NCBI GenBank assembly: GCA_977017575.1
Contig: CDRNVI010000002.1
Coordinates: 930,001 to 994,000, forward strand
Length of the DNA: 64,000 bases
Origin: Paramoeba atlantica
Taxonomy: Eukaryota > Protista > Discosea
Direction: 5' to 3'
Shown here: positions 10,753 through 20,374 of the stretch, piece by piece
Layout: every line of letters starts with the position of its first letter
How positions within the stretch are numbered: position 1 is the stretch's first letter
The notes under the pieces: generated by a model
What the model saw: the letters and a program-made list of their open reading frames with translations, nothing else
What the model was told of the DNA's origin: nothing
The model's database searches: none
Translations under genes and position numbers: made by a program

Positions 10753-11472
10753 ATGCACGCCCTCCTCTCCACCCTCCCCCCCTCCCTCACCTCCTCCCCC
10801 GCGGTCCGTGCCGCTCTCCTCTCCACGGACCGCCGCCACTACGTCCCCCCCGCCTCCTCCCCCCTGGCCTACACCGACGCCCCCCTCCCCCTCGGCCACG
10901 GCGTCACCATCTCCGCCCCCCACATGCACGCCATGGCTCTGGCCCTCCTCGAGCCCTATCTCCTCCCCCGAACCGATCCCACCCCTCCCCTACGCATCCT
11001 GGACGTTGGCTCCGGCTCCGGGTACCTCACCGCGGCGCTCGCGGCCATGGCCGGGGTGGGGGGGGAGGGGGGCGACAACGACAACCGCAGTGGTCGCCGG
11101 CCCCCCCCCGTGGTCGTCTACGGGGTTGAATCCGTAAAGGAGCTGGTCCCGGTCTCCAAGGCGAATCTCGCGGCGGATGGGAAAGGGGCGTGGGTGGAGG
11201 ACGGGAGAGTGGTGCTACGGCACGGGGATGGGAGTCAAGGGGTGCCGGGGGAGAAGGGGCCGTATGCGGCGATCCATGTGGGGGCGGCCGCGGGGGTGTT
11301 CCCGCGGGCGTTGGTGGAGCAGTTGGCGGCGCCGGGGGGGATGGTGGTGCCGTTGGGGGGGCAGGGGGAGGTGCAGCAGTTGACGTTGATTGAGAAGGAT
11401 GGGGAGGGGAGGGTGAGGATGAGGGAGTGTTGTGCGGTGCAGTATGTGCCGTTGCATATGGAGGGGGGGTGA
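10753..11472 (+). CDS. PCMT1: Protein-L-isoaspartate O-methyltransferase
   Basis: AYTDAPLPLGHGVTISAPHMHA, ILDVGSGSGYLTA, GDG, PYAAIHVGAA, QLAAPGGMVVPLG, VQYVPL. ATG at 10753. Confidence 0.92.
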   Translation: MHALLSTLPPSLTSSPAVRAALLSTDRRHYVPPASSPLAYTDAPLPLGHGVTISAPHMHAMALALLEPYLLPRTDPTPPLRILDVGSGSGYLTAALAAMAGVGGEGGDNDNRSGRRPPPVVVYGVESVKELVPVSKANLAADGKGAWVEDGRVVLRHGDGSQGVPGEKGPYAAIHVGAAAGVFPRALVEQLAAPGGMVVPLGGQGEVQQLTLIEKDGEGRVRMRECCAVQYVPLHMEGG

Positions 11473-11482
11473 GGGGGGAGTG

Positions 11483-11676
11483 AGGGGTTGCGTTGCTGGG
11501 GTTTTGTTCCTGTTGGGAATGAAGATTAGTTGTACATACGTGGGTTAGCGTTATTACAAACTAAAAAAACTAAACCGGGGGGTAGGGGGAGTGATGGGTT
11601 GCGTTGCTTGGTTTTTTTCCTGTTGAGAATGAAGATTAGTTGTACATACGTGGGTTGTACATACGTGGGTTAGCGG
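11483..11676. repeat. ~70-bp direct duplication with an internal 15-bp tandem duplication
   Basis: GGGTTGCGTTGC...AATGAAGATTAGTTGTACATACGTGGGTTAGCG occurs twice. Confidence 0.85.
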
Positions 11677-11833
11677 TATTGTTTTGTTAGTAGATTATTT
11701 AACATACGAGTGACTAAATACTGTCAGTCTTAGAGTGTATTATTCAATACGTAGACTTAGAAAAAAAATCAGACGGGGATTTGCCCTTATAAAGCAAAAC
11801 ATCGTGTACGCATACTTTTGGCATAAGTTTGCT

Positions 11834-12466
11834 ATGTACTTTATATGTTTATTGTTCGTGGACGAGTTACAAACTGTAACTCGTGCTGGTAAAGTAAGAG
11901 GTAACATACTTCCGCCTGAACACACACTTTCTTACTTTATTGAGAACGTGGAAAACCCGCACCCCTCATGGAACACTACTACTCCGGCATGCAGTTGGGA
12001 TGGAATATGCTGCAATGAATTGGCCCAAGTTATAGAAATAAAATGGCAGGGTCGTAGACTGCGCGGCTTCCTGAATTGGGGTAAACTTCCCAGTACGATG
12101 GTATCGATAAACGTAGGCACTGGCGCCTACGGACTCCGTAATCATCTTACTGGGATGATAGAATTTATCCTTTTGCTTCCAGGTTTGGAAAAACTCCTCG
12201 CCATGAAGGCTAATTTTTCGGGGGATCTTGACTTTACACAGCTTCCAGACAGTATGCGAAACGTTGTATTGAATGGAAATCGATTTAGCGGTGGGCTAAA
12301 TTTCCTACAGTTACCTTCAGGATTAAACACTCTGGTGTTAAGCAGCAATTTTTTCTCAGGTGTTGTCGATTTCACTAACCTTCCGAGTAAACTGCATCAT
12401 CTAGAAATTGATGCGTATGTTATCATTCCTCTTGGGAAAGTGCCTCCATGTGTGATTTTCGTGTAA
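11834..12466 (+). CDS. Short LRR protein, copy 2
   Basis: RAGKVRGNILPPE...SWNTTTPACSWDGICC followed by LRRs. ATG at 11834. Confidence 0.85.
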   Translation: MYFICLLFVDELQTVTRAGKVRGNILPPEHTLSYFIENVENPHPSWNTTTPACSWDGICCNELAQVIEIKWQGRRLRGFLNWGKLPSTMVSINVGTGAYGLRNHLTGMIEFILLLPGLEKLLAMKANFSGDLDFTQLPDSMRNVVLNGNRFSGGLNFLQLPSGLNTLVLSSNFFSGVVDFTNLPSKLHHLEIDAYVIIPLGKVPPCVIFV

Positions 12467-13120
12467 TTATTAAGTGGAAGGTCCCTTGATTCCCCTGATA
12501 CATTTTTCGAAATATGGTGTAATTGGAGGTAACACTATGTTGTCCTGATTTATTTATTGTTGTCCTTCTCTTCTGATACGTGTTACGCTTCTCGGGCAAC
12601 CCTCTATTAGTTTTTCTGCATCCGTTATCTCCTCGTACCTCCTTTGCGGAGATGAGCCACTGTCAGTGGCGACTTGGCCGCGTTACAATTTCTTTTTCAT
12701 AGCACAGAAAACAAAATTCCAGTAAGTACTCAAATATTTCTTCTGAAAAACATACGGCAATATTCAAGTTTTTTGAAAAGGATTACTGTCGCAGGCTTAC
12801 AGTTCTTCAAGAACAGAAGAATTACTCAGCATCGGTTCTTACGACCTTTGCGAAGCCACGCCGATTCAAAGATGAAATATTCCTGAACTTCCATGCGTGA
12901 TACTTCGCCGGTAACAACCGTAAAAGTAGTGGGAACGGTGTGGTGTGCATACGCCACGAAAGTAGTACGCTTGGCGTACTCCCGGTACCACGTATGCACA
13001 TTCCAAATCCCCTTGAGCCCGCTTGGGCCTTGATGAGGTGAAGAGAAACCATGCATTACACATCACTTTCCCTATTATCATCAGTCCTTTCTGGACTTTC
13101 TGTATGTCCTTTCTTTTCTT

Positions 13121-13201
13121 GTGATGAGTCTTACGCTTCTCAGGCAACCCTCTTCTGAGTAACCTGAAGAAAATGAGCACCGAACCCATATATGCACCTG
13201 A
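13121..13201 (+). ncRNA. Box C/D snoRNA candidate, copy 1
   Basis: C box GTGATGA at 13121, D' CTGA at 13155, C'-like TGAAGA at 13165, D box CTGA at 13198. 81 nt. Repeat conservation ends right after the D box. Confidence 0.5.
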
Positions 13202-13639
13202 AAGTCACTATCTTTGCTCTAAAATGCAGTTATACAAATTGGGTCTATGCTGCATTTTTCAATTCTATATATTTATTTTTTCTCCTACTCAAAATACTTG
13301 CTTGTTTTTCACCACAACCTGTGCAGTACCTTTCAAAATTATTTATCTTATCGGTTCTTACGACCTTTGCGAAGTCACGCCGCTTCAGAGATGAAATATT
13401 CCTGAACTTCCATGCGTGATACTTCGCCGGTAACAACCGTAAAAGTAGTGGAAACGGTGTGGTGTGTGTACGCCACGAAAGTAGTACGCTTAGCGTACTC
13501 CCGGTACCACGTATGCACATTCCAAATCCCCTTGAGCCCGCTTGGGCCTTGACGAGGTGAAGAGAAACCATGCATTACACATCACTTTCCTTATTATCAT
13601 CAGTCCTTTCTGGACTTTCTGTATGTCCTTTCTTTCCTT

Positions 13640-13720
13640 GTGATGAGTCTTACGCTTCTCAGGCAACCCTCTTCTGAATCACTTGAAGAAAATGAGCACC
13701 GAACCCAAATATGCACCTGA
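13640..13720 (+). ncRNA. Box C/D snoRNA candidate, copy 2
   Basis: Same box layout. Most differences from copy 1 fall between D' and C'. Confidence 0.5.
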
Positions 13721-14431
13721 ACATAACCGTCCTTTCCCCCTGATCGCAGTCGCATGAATTGGGGAATTCGGATTCTTTTACTTTTATAAACTTTTTCCGT
13801 TTCGTGTTACTTCAAAATATTATCTGTCTCATCGGTTCTTACGACCTTTGCGAAGTCACGCCGCTTCAGAGATGAAATATTCCTGAACTTCCGTGCGTGA
13901 TACTTCGCCGGTAACAACCGTAAAAGTAGTGGGAACGGTGTGGTGTGCGTACGCCACGAAAGCAGTACGCTTAGCGTACTCCCGGTACCACGTATGCACA
14001 TTCCAAATCCCCTTGAGCCTCTTGGGCCTTGACGAGGTGAAGAGAAACCATGCATTACATATCTTCTATACAAACAAATAAATACATAAAATGTATTACA
14101 AACAGATAAGATTAATTAATGTTACGGTATGACAAATGTGAGTTTCGTTCTTTTCACTACAAGATGAATGCTTCGAAGTTACTGCAATTGTCATGCAAAT
14201 TTTTAAAGCTTTTTTATAGAATAGCTTCGTCATATTAAGTCTATGTCGCTCTTCTAAGACAAAAAATTATGCACAACTTCTCTGTATGAACTCATAGGAG
14301 AATTTTATGCATGTACAATGTATGCAATTTGTTTTTATATCGTTAATCTCTGGAATGTCAGTTGAATGTTACAAAACGATTCAGTCAAGATACTGATGCT
14401 GCGGATTACAAATTCCATCTAGATCTCAACG

Positions 14432-15003
14432 ATGAGGACAAGGGCCGTACAAAGTGAGATGTGGTTCAATGTGTTTTCGATGAGCATAGTTCTTGGAACA
14501 TCTATTCTTTGGAAGTGGCTTAATGTAATTGACACTATTTATAACGAAACTATAACTGGCAACAAGATTTTATGGATGTCACACGCATGCTGGGCAATTC
14601 TCCTTTTTTTAGGGATATACCATACATGGTATGATCTTCCATCTAATGCTACATTCAACACAGCTTCACATAACGGGACAATTATTTCCGAGACTAAATT
14701 CACGGCGTTCATTAAATTTTCTACGGCAATCTTTGTCACAGGCTGCACATGTTGGTGTTTAGCACTATGGCATCAGTACTCTGTATTTATATTTTTTCTA
14801 GGATTCTGGACAATTTTGAGCTTTTTACATTTATTGCCATATCTTTCAATTTAGTTGTCAAAAGTACGCAGAATTCGGTTGTCTCGAATGAAAGCCTCCT
14901 ATTGGAATTTTGTCTTTCCTTGCTAAAGGGTATTGGAATTCAAGTTTTTTCCTATTCGAATGTGTTCTATGATTTATGGTGGTATTGGATGACATGGTAT
15001 TAG
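14432..15003 (+). pseudogene. Possible frameshifted multi-pass membrane protein gene
   Basis: Two overlapping hydrophobic ORFs (14432-14854, 14749-15003). No recognisable family. Confidence 0.3.
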
Positions 15004-15146
15004 ACACGACATGGTATTAGACTCTCATGCGCTTTTGATTCCATTTTGATTCCAATATTCGAATACTTTTTTATTTGCCAGGAAAGATCCTTAGGGGAGA
15101 GTACAAATTTAGGCGTCCTTCGTGTTTTCGATATTTTCCTTTCAAA

Positions 15147-15794
15147 ATGTTTACTTGTTCTCTCCTGCATTTTTGTGGCAAAGATTGTGCGGCTCCATCG
15201 AGGGGTCACAAAGTAAGAGCTAATCTTTTTCCAGCAGAACACAGTCTTGCTTTGTTTGTTTGTGATATTGAAGACCCTGATGAAAGCTGGGTGGGCTATA
15301 ATGCCGCGTGTGACTGGTTCGGAGTTACCGTTAACCAGGCAAGATTTGTTACAGAAATTCGCTGGAGTGGTATGGGACTACAGGGTACGTTACAATGGAA
15401 GCACCTTCCCGCAACCGTTGAAGTCTTGGAAATAGGGGCTGGTTTTCGCGATCGTTTGTTTCGACAGAACCATTTACAAGGTACACTCGATTTCTCGCTT
15501 TTGCCTCCATGTTTGGTCTGGTTCTCTGCTACGGCTAACGACTTCTCAGGTACCTTAGATTTTACTCAGCTACCCCCATCTTTGCGCCACCTAGGACTAC
15601 ATGGAAATCAATTTAACGGCGAGGTGGATCTAACTAATTTGCCCCCCAATATTGAACATATATTTATTGGCAAAAATCTTTTTTCTGGGCGTCTTGATTT
15701 TTCGAAGTTGCCGGGAGGCCTGAAGCGGCTTGAAATTAACAAATACCGTATCACCTACTCGGGTAAATTGCCAGATTGTGTTTTCTTCGATTAA
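15147..15794 (+). CDS. Short LRR protein, copy 3
   Basis: RGHKVRANLFPAE...SW...ACDWFGVTV followed by LRRs. ATG at 15147. Confidence 0.85.
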   Translation: MFTCSLLHFCGKDCAAPSRGHKVRANLFPAEHSLALFVCDIEDPDESWVGYNAACDWFGVTVNQARFVTEIRWSGMGLQGTLQWKHLPATVEVLEIGAGFRDRLFRQNHLQGTLDFSLLPPCLVWFSATANDFSGTLDFTQLPPSLRHLGLHGNQFNGEVDLTNLPPNIEHIFIGKNLFSGRLDFSKLPGGLKRLEINKYRITYSGKLPDCVFFD

Positions 15795-16222
15795 ACGGTT
15801 CCGAAATCCGAGTATTGATGTGAAGCATCTAAGTCATGTTTCGTTTCTTTTATTATCGGACTTATAAAGTAGGAACTTTATTAGTAGTAGGAACTGTAGC
15901 TTGGTACTGTACTAATAGGATACAGCCAATTGTTCATTTTTCATATGGTTTAATTTTTAAAAAAGATATATTGTACTTAACACACGTCAATGTATTCTTT
16001 GTAGATCCTTTTAAGAAATATGATATGATTACTCTCATAACGAAACGTACAGTACAGTATTGTACGTAGGTGTAGCGTAGCAGGCGGAATCTTGTCTTTT
16101 ACACCAAAAAACCGAATTTTAAAAACTAGAATTAAATAATGTTAAGAATTAATGGAAGACTAGAATCTTGCAATATCGAGCTAGTAAATTTTTGAACTAT
16201 ACTTGTTCTTGTTTGACATAGC

Positions 16223-16996
16223 ATGCAGTGTGCTGACGTGCCGGTTCGAGCAGCGAAAGTTCGGGGTGGCACTCTTCCCCCCGAGCTGGAGCTCAGCCGA
16301 TTCTTGGGCGATGTGCATAACCTGCGTTCTTCCTGGTCTGTGGAGACTCCGATTCACAAATGGGAAGGAGTGCGGTGCAATGAAGAAGGGAACGTTGAGG
16401 AGATCTCGTGGCCTACATTTGCTCTTCGCGGAACGATTCATCAATGGAGTTATCTTCCCTCTACGCTTCGTGTACTGTGTCTTGGGCCAATGCTGGGCAC
16501 GGGCAATGAATTGGAGGGCAAACTAATCACCGAGGATTTGCCTCGCCAAGTTAAACGTCTTGTGCTTAGCAACAATAATTTCACCGGACCGGTAAATTTT
16601 GAAGCTATTCCAGCCGATGTGGTGAAATTCGATCTTTTTGGCAACAGCTTCTCAGGTGAGGTCATCTTTAATAATCTTCCTTCCCGTCTGGAGTACTTTG
16701 ATTTGGGAAGAAACGAGTTCAGCGGGAAAGTTTGCATGGCGCACCTGCCTCATTCTCTCACCGTAATGGATCTTTCAAGAAACAATTTTAGCGGAACCCT
16801 GGAGATGACATCATTATGCCCAAAGATAAAAGTTCTCTATTTAAACCACAATAGATTCACTGGAATCGTCGATCTGTCAAAGTTGCCTTCCACTCTTGTA
16901 ATTCTTCAGCTGTTCGGCAATTCAATTCAAGTGTCAGACACGTACGTTCTTCCCGGATGTGTTAAATTGGGAGATCCCAATCCAATGGTAAAATAG
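16223..16996 (+). CDS. Short LRR protein, copy 4
   Basis: RAAKVRGGTLPPE...SWSVETPIHKWEGVRC followed by ~7 LRRs. Confidence 0.88.
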   Translation: MQCADVPVRAAKVRGGTLPPELELSRFLGDVHNLRSSWSVETPIHKWEGVRCNEEGNVEEISWPTFALRGTIHQWSYLPSTLRVLCLGPMLGTGNELEGKLITEDLPRQVKRLVLSNNNFTGPVNFEAIPADVVKFDLFGNSFSGEVIFNNLPSRLEYFDLGRNEFSGKVCMAHLPHSLTVMDLSRNNFSGTLEMTSLCPKIKVLYLNHNRFTGIVDLSKLPSTLVILQLFGNSIQVSDTYVLPGCVKLGDPNPMVK

Positions 16997-17249
16997 ACTT
17001 TGTCGGTCTAGGTCATAAAGCACTAGGTCATAGTTTATGGCAATGTGTAACCTTATACAGATAAGTTGTAGATACTGTAAATTAGCTACAAGGGTGGGCA
17101 AACATGGGGAGTCAAAATCTGTAAAACAAAATATCCAATTTTGGAGGGTATACCGCATTGGAAAGCTCTCGCAAAGTTACATACCGTCCAACCATGCGTT
17201 TCCCGCAGGTATAGGGGCTCTCACCACCTTTTGTCGAAGGGACTAAAAC

Positions 17250-17750
17250 TGAGAACTTCAACCCATGCCAAATAAAATGACGTTTTACTTGAATGCTGTT
17301 CCCGCTTAGTTCCGAAAATGTGCAACTCAATGTATTGAAGTTTATGTGTCTGAGCACCTTTGCCATTGCGTGGGTCTCGTTATTCACGTTAACGAGCAAG
17401 TGGCTTGTACCTTGATAAATAAACTCCAATATCTTAATCTCTCCACGTGCACTAGACAGAGCGCTGCTGAAAAATCCTTGCTTTTCTGAGAAAAGTTTTC
17501 TCGACGTGCTGAGATTATGCGAGAGATCCGTTTCCATGTCCAAGTCGAGTTTGCTTGGTCCAATCTTAAGCATGCGAAGAACTCATCAGCATTCTAAACA
17601 AGCTCTTTTTTTTGACACCCATACTTGTAGCGCTCCAGCTGAGCAAAAAATACATCCCAAGCTTGTACAACTTTCTTTGGCGTGACGGTGCGATCACTGG
17701 CTGCATGGTGTTTTGTTTCATCCAATCTTTAGCCCATGACAATGAAAATT
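17250..17750 (-). pseudogene. pogo/DDE_1-like transposase relic
   Basis: Broken frames give FFAQLERY...V*NADE and EKQGFFSSALSSARGEIKILEFIYQGT, recalling the N.DET and K..T.....G...P.Q.IY.GK motifs. Consistent with the TA flanks. Confidence 0.4.
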
Positions 17751-18178
17751 TCATCGATCCACCGCCCAGAGACGTAGAATTTGGCGAAAGGCCCTCTTTA
17801 ATACCCGAGCGTCTACAGGTGGGTTATATTGCACCCATTTCTAAAAAAACGAAAAAAGCGTGACCATGCATTTTCAGACATAATTAAATTTCACCTTTTA
17901 TCACAAAACTTTCTTTTCTGTCGGATTTCCGAACACCAAACCTCCTTAGGACTTCACTGTGTGACGTCACTTATGTCACAAGAAAAAGTCTGAAAATATT
18001 AAAAATAGACCGTATCTTCAACATACATCTCAGTACTCCTTCCTTCACACTTTTTTCACGGATTCATGAAACGCTGGATCAAGTTCCATGTTTCTTTGTC
18101 TTCTGCCTCCGTTGCTGTTTCTTTTCCACCTCTTTCATGCACATTGTTCCTCTTCCTCTGTTTCACTTTCAATGTCCT

Positions 18179-18560
18179 TCATCCATATTCGGCAAGCTTT
18201 TCCCAAGTTTTAGACACAGAAGTAATGATTGTAGATGTTCTTTTTTGACGACTTTTTTGATCCAAAGTGTATACAGGGCAATGCATTTCTCTGCTTCTCT
18301 CGGTTTCATAAACCTTCCTTTCCTTCGGACTGAACGCTTCTGCACGATTCGTGCGCACCCGCTCCGCTGTGACAAACCGGTATTTTCCGCTTCTGGAATG
18401 GTTCACAGTTCGATGTTGCACTGTATCACCCAGGCCTCTATAGGCACGCCATCCATCGGTGTACACTACTGTTCTTTTTCCTCAGCAAAGGGTATTTCTT
18501 CACAGGGTTCTGCAGCGTTACAGCGTCCCTTGTCGCCCGTAGTACCACATTTTTGTACTA
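18179..18560 (-). pseudogene. Merlin/IS1595-family transposase relic
   Basis: RDAVTLQ (frameshifted), then VYTDGWRAYRGL, HRTVNHS, RFV, VRTNRAEAF, matching the IS1016-like DDE core. Confidence 0.75.
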
Positions 18561-19266
18561 ATTTTCACCGCTGTGGAATCTCTCCTGCAATTTACTGTAC
18601 GCTATTGGAACTCTCCGGCAATGTATTGCGCGCTTTTGAAATGATCAGTGCACCAGCGTGCGGCACCGCCTAAATGTGGGGCGGGTAGGTGCTAACTGTA
18701 TGTACATCTATAGCGCATTCTATAGCGCATATAAATTCCAGACCCCTGTTGTTCTTAAAAGTTCGTTTTTTCCTGCAATTGATTCGGCGCTCGCAAAGAA
18801 ATCCCCCTACCCCAGGGTGTGGTCATTCGCGGGTATACAATATGCGAGCACACAAACGCAAACATACGAAAAGAAATAAAACAACAGAAACAGCCCGTGC
18901 ATAACCCCGCGCCGCTTCGCCGCCTGAAACTTTTTGATCTCTTTTTTTGACGCGGCTACATATGCGCATTTTTGGGCCGAAACCACGTTGCGTTTCGAGT
19001 AACTGTGCGAGAGGTCTCCAATACGGTGCCACTTTCCAAAATTGGACAATTTTTACAAATTTTGATCCCCCCATATTTTCGCCCCTACTCCTGTATGTTA
19101 TTGAATATTCACGAAGCATGTTTCTCTCATTCAGTATATATTTTTTACATCCCTACGTAACATCTTCTTTTGCGAATAAGTTGATACTTGTAAAAGAATT
19201 AATATTTGAACAAGTGGGAGTTATGCAATACTGATTTTTTTGTCCACTCAACACGAGAATGAGATA

Positions 19267-20208
19267 ATGTCACCGCGCCGGTCATTCACTGGGCGATACA
19301 TGGACATTATGGAGGCATTACGGCGCTTGGAGAGCGCTCAACCAAAACTCATTGAGGTAGGGCGTCCAACTCCGCAACTTGTGGTTTCGTTTGGTGGATC
19401 GGGAGCACTGGTAACGTATAGCCTGGGTGTGGCCCAGTGGCTGTTGGAGAACAGAGGCGATTTACTAAATCAGTGGTACTTTGTGGGTTCTGGCACCGGA
19501 GTGCTCCCCGCCGTTGCCCTTCCTTTAGCCGTGCAGAAAAAAGAGCCTCACTTGTTACGCGAGATATCCAAGTACGTCGTACAGCAGGCTCCACGTCACG
19601 TCTTTGATGAGGATCTTCGCCGTAAGTATATTCTGGACGGCCTGCGAAAATTTGTTCCAGAGGATGCTCATTGCGTACTTGAGGGGCGGGTGTGTCTATT
19701 TGCTCACATTAACTTCGAATTTATCATTGGACGTACCCACGAGGATCTTCCAAACTCTTCTATTTTGTACGGGAATCCGTTAATTAAGTGGGACTCATCT
19801 GCGGAGTTATCGCAATGTATGGATGCCGCCATGGTGCCTTACCGAACGCACTCTATAGATTTTAGAGGTATACCACTTCTCTCGGCGACCAAATATTCTC
19901 TTTCCTCGGAGGTGAGTTCTCATTTGCGCCACGTTTATGTACACGGATATGCCGGGAATGCCATTCGTACATCTCATACTCGGCACAATTATGTATTTGG
20001 TCGTCATGGTACTCTGGCGAATACATCCGTTTCTTTCAGAAGACAATTTTGGGCAAATTGTTTTCCTGGATGGTCAAAACAGGTCCTAGAATCTTCGTAT
20101 CACGCGGGTTATCGCGACGCTTCAAGGTATCATCGATGGGAGGAGGACCCTTACTATCGTGCAAGAGGGTTGTCAGAGGTTGAGTTCGCGGAAGCCATCA
20201 AAAATTGA
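19267..20208 (+). CDS. Patatin-like protein, probably catalytically degenerate
   Basis: VSFGGSGALVTYSLGVAQWL matches the patatin N-terminus. GxSxG is replaced by VGSGTG and no DGG is seen. Confidence 0.6.
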   Translation: MSPRRSFTGRYMDIMEALRRLESAQPKLIEVGRPTPQLVVSFGGSGALVTYSLGVAQWLLENRGDLLNQWYFVGSGTGVLPAVALPLAVQKKEPHLLREISKYVVQQAPRHVFDEDLRRKYILDGLRKFVPEDAHCVLEGRVCLFAHINFEFIIGRTHEDLPNSSILYGNPLIKWDSSAELSQCMDAAMVPYRTHSIDFRGIPLLSATKYSLSSEVSSHLRHVYVHGYAGNAIRTSHTRHNYVFGRHGTLANTSVSFRRQFWANCFPGWSKQVLESSYHAGYRDASRYHRWEEDPYYRARGLSEVEFAEAIKN

Positions 20209-20374
20209 AATACACCAATGCTCTACCTGCCTACACATCTTTGTAATAACCTGAACATCTTACTTCTTCTGTAAAGTTTTTGATTTCTTCGTACTGCCTT
20301 TTTCTTTCAGTTACACTTCGTATATTACTTCGTAGTATTTTCTCTTGATTCTGCTCTCTTTGCACCTGATCTGA

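Larger units (their letters stand above)
12831..14059. repeat. Array of a 371-bp conserved unit separated by unrelated spacers
   Basis: Units at 12831-13202, 13350-13721 and truncated 13831-14059, differing only by scattered substitutions. Spacers 13203-13349 and 13722-13830 do not align. Degenerate partial copy at ~12560-12605. Confidence 0.9.
17089..19093. mobile_element. TA-flanked TIR element (pogo/Tc1-mariner type) with nested Merlin relic
   Basis: ~90-bp imperfect inverted repeats at 17089-17180 and 18999-19093, each flanked by TA (17087-88, 19094-95). Confidence 0.7.

Noticed and set aside
13040-13090. Hammerhead ribozyme from CTGATGA...GAAA on the minus strand
   Set aside because: No credible stem II and no correctly placed UH cleavage site.
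12831-14059. CRISPR array interpretation of the repeat/spacer pattern
   Set aside because: Repeats are 371 bp, spacers vary from 110 to 150 bp, no cas genes are present and the context is eukaryotic.
12822-14081. Minus-strand ORFs in the repeat (MVSLHL..., MHGFSS...)
   Set aside because: Differences between copies are mostly non-synonymous in each frame examined and include a stop and an indel.
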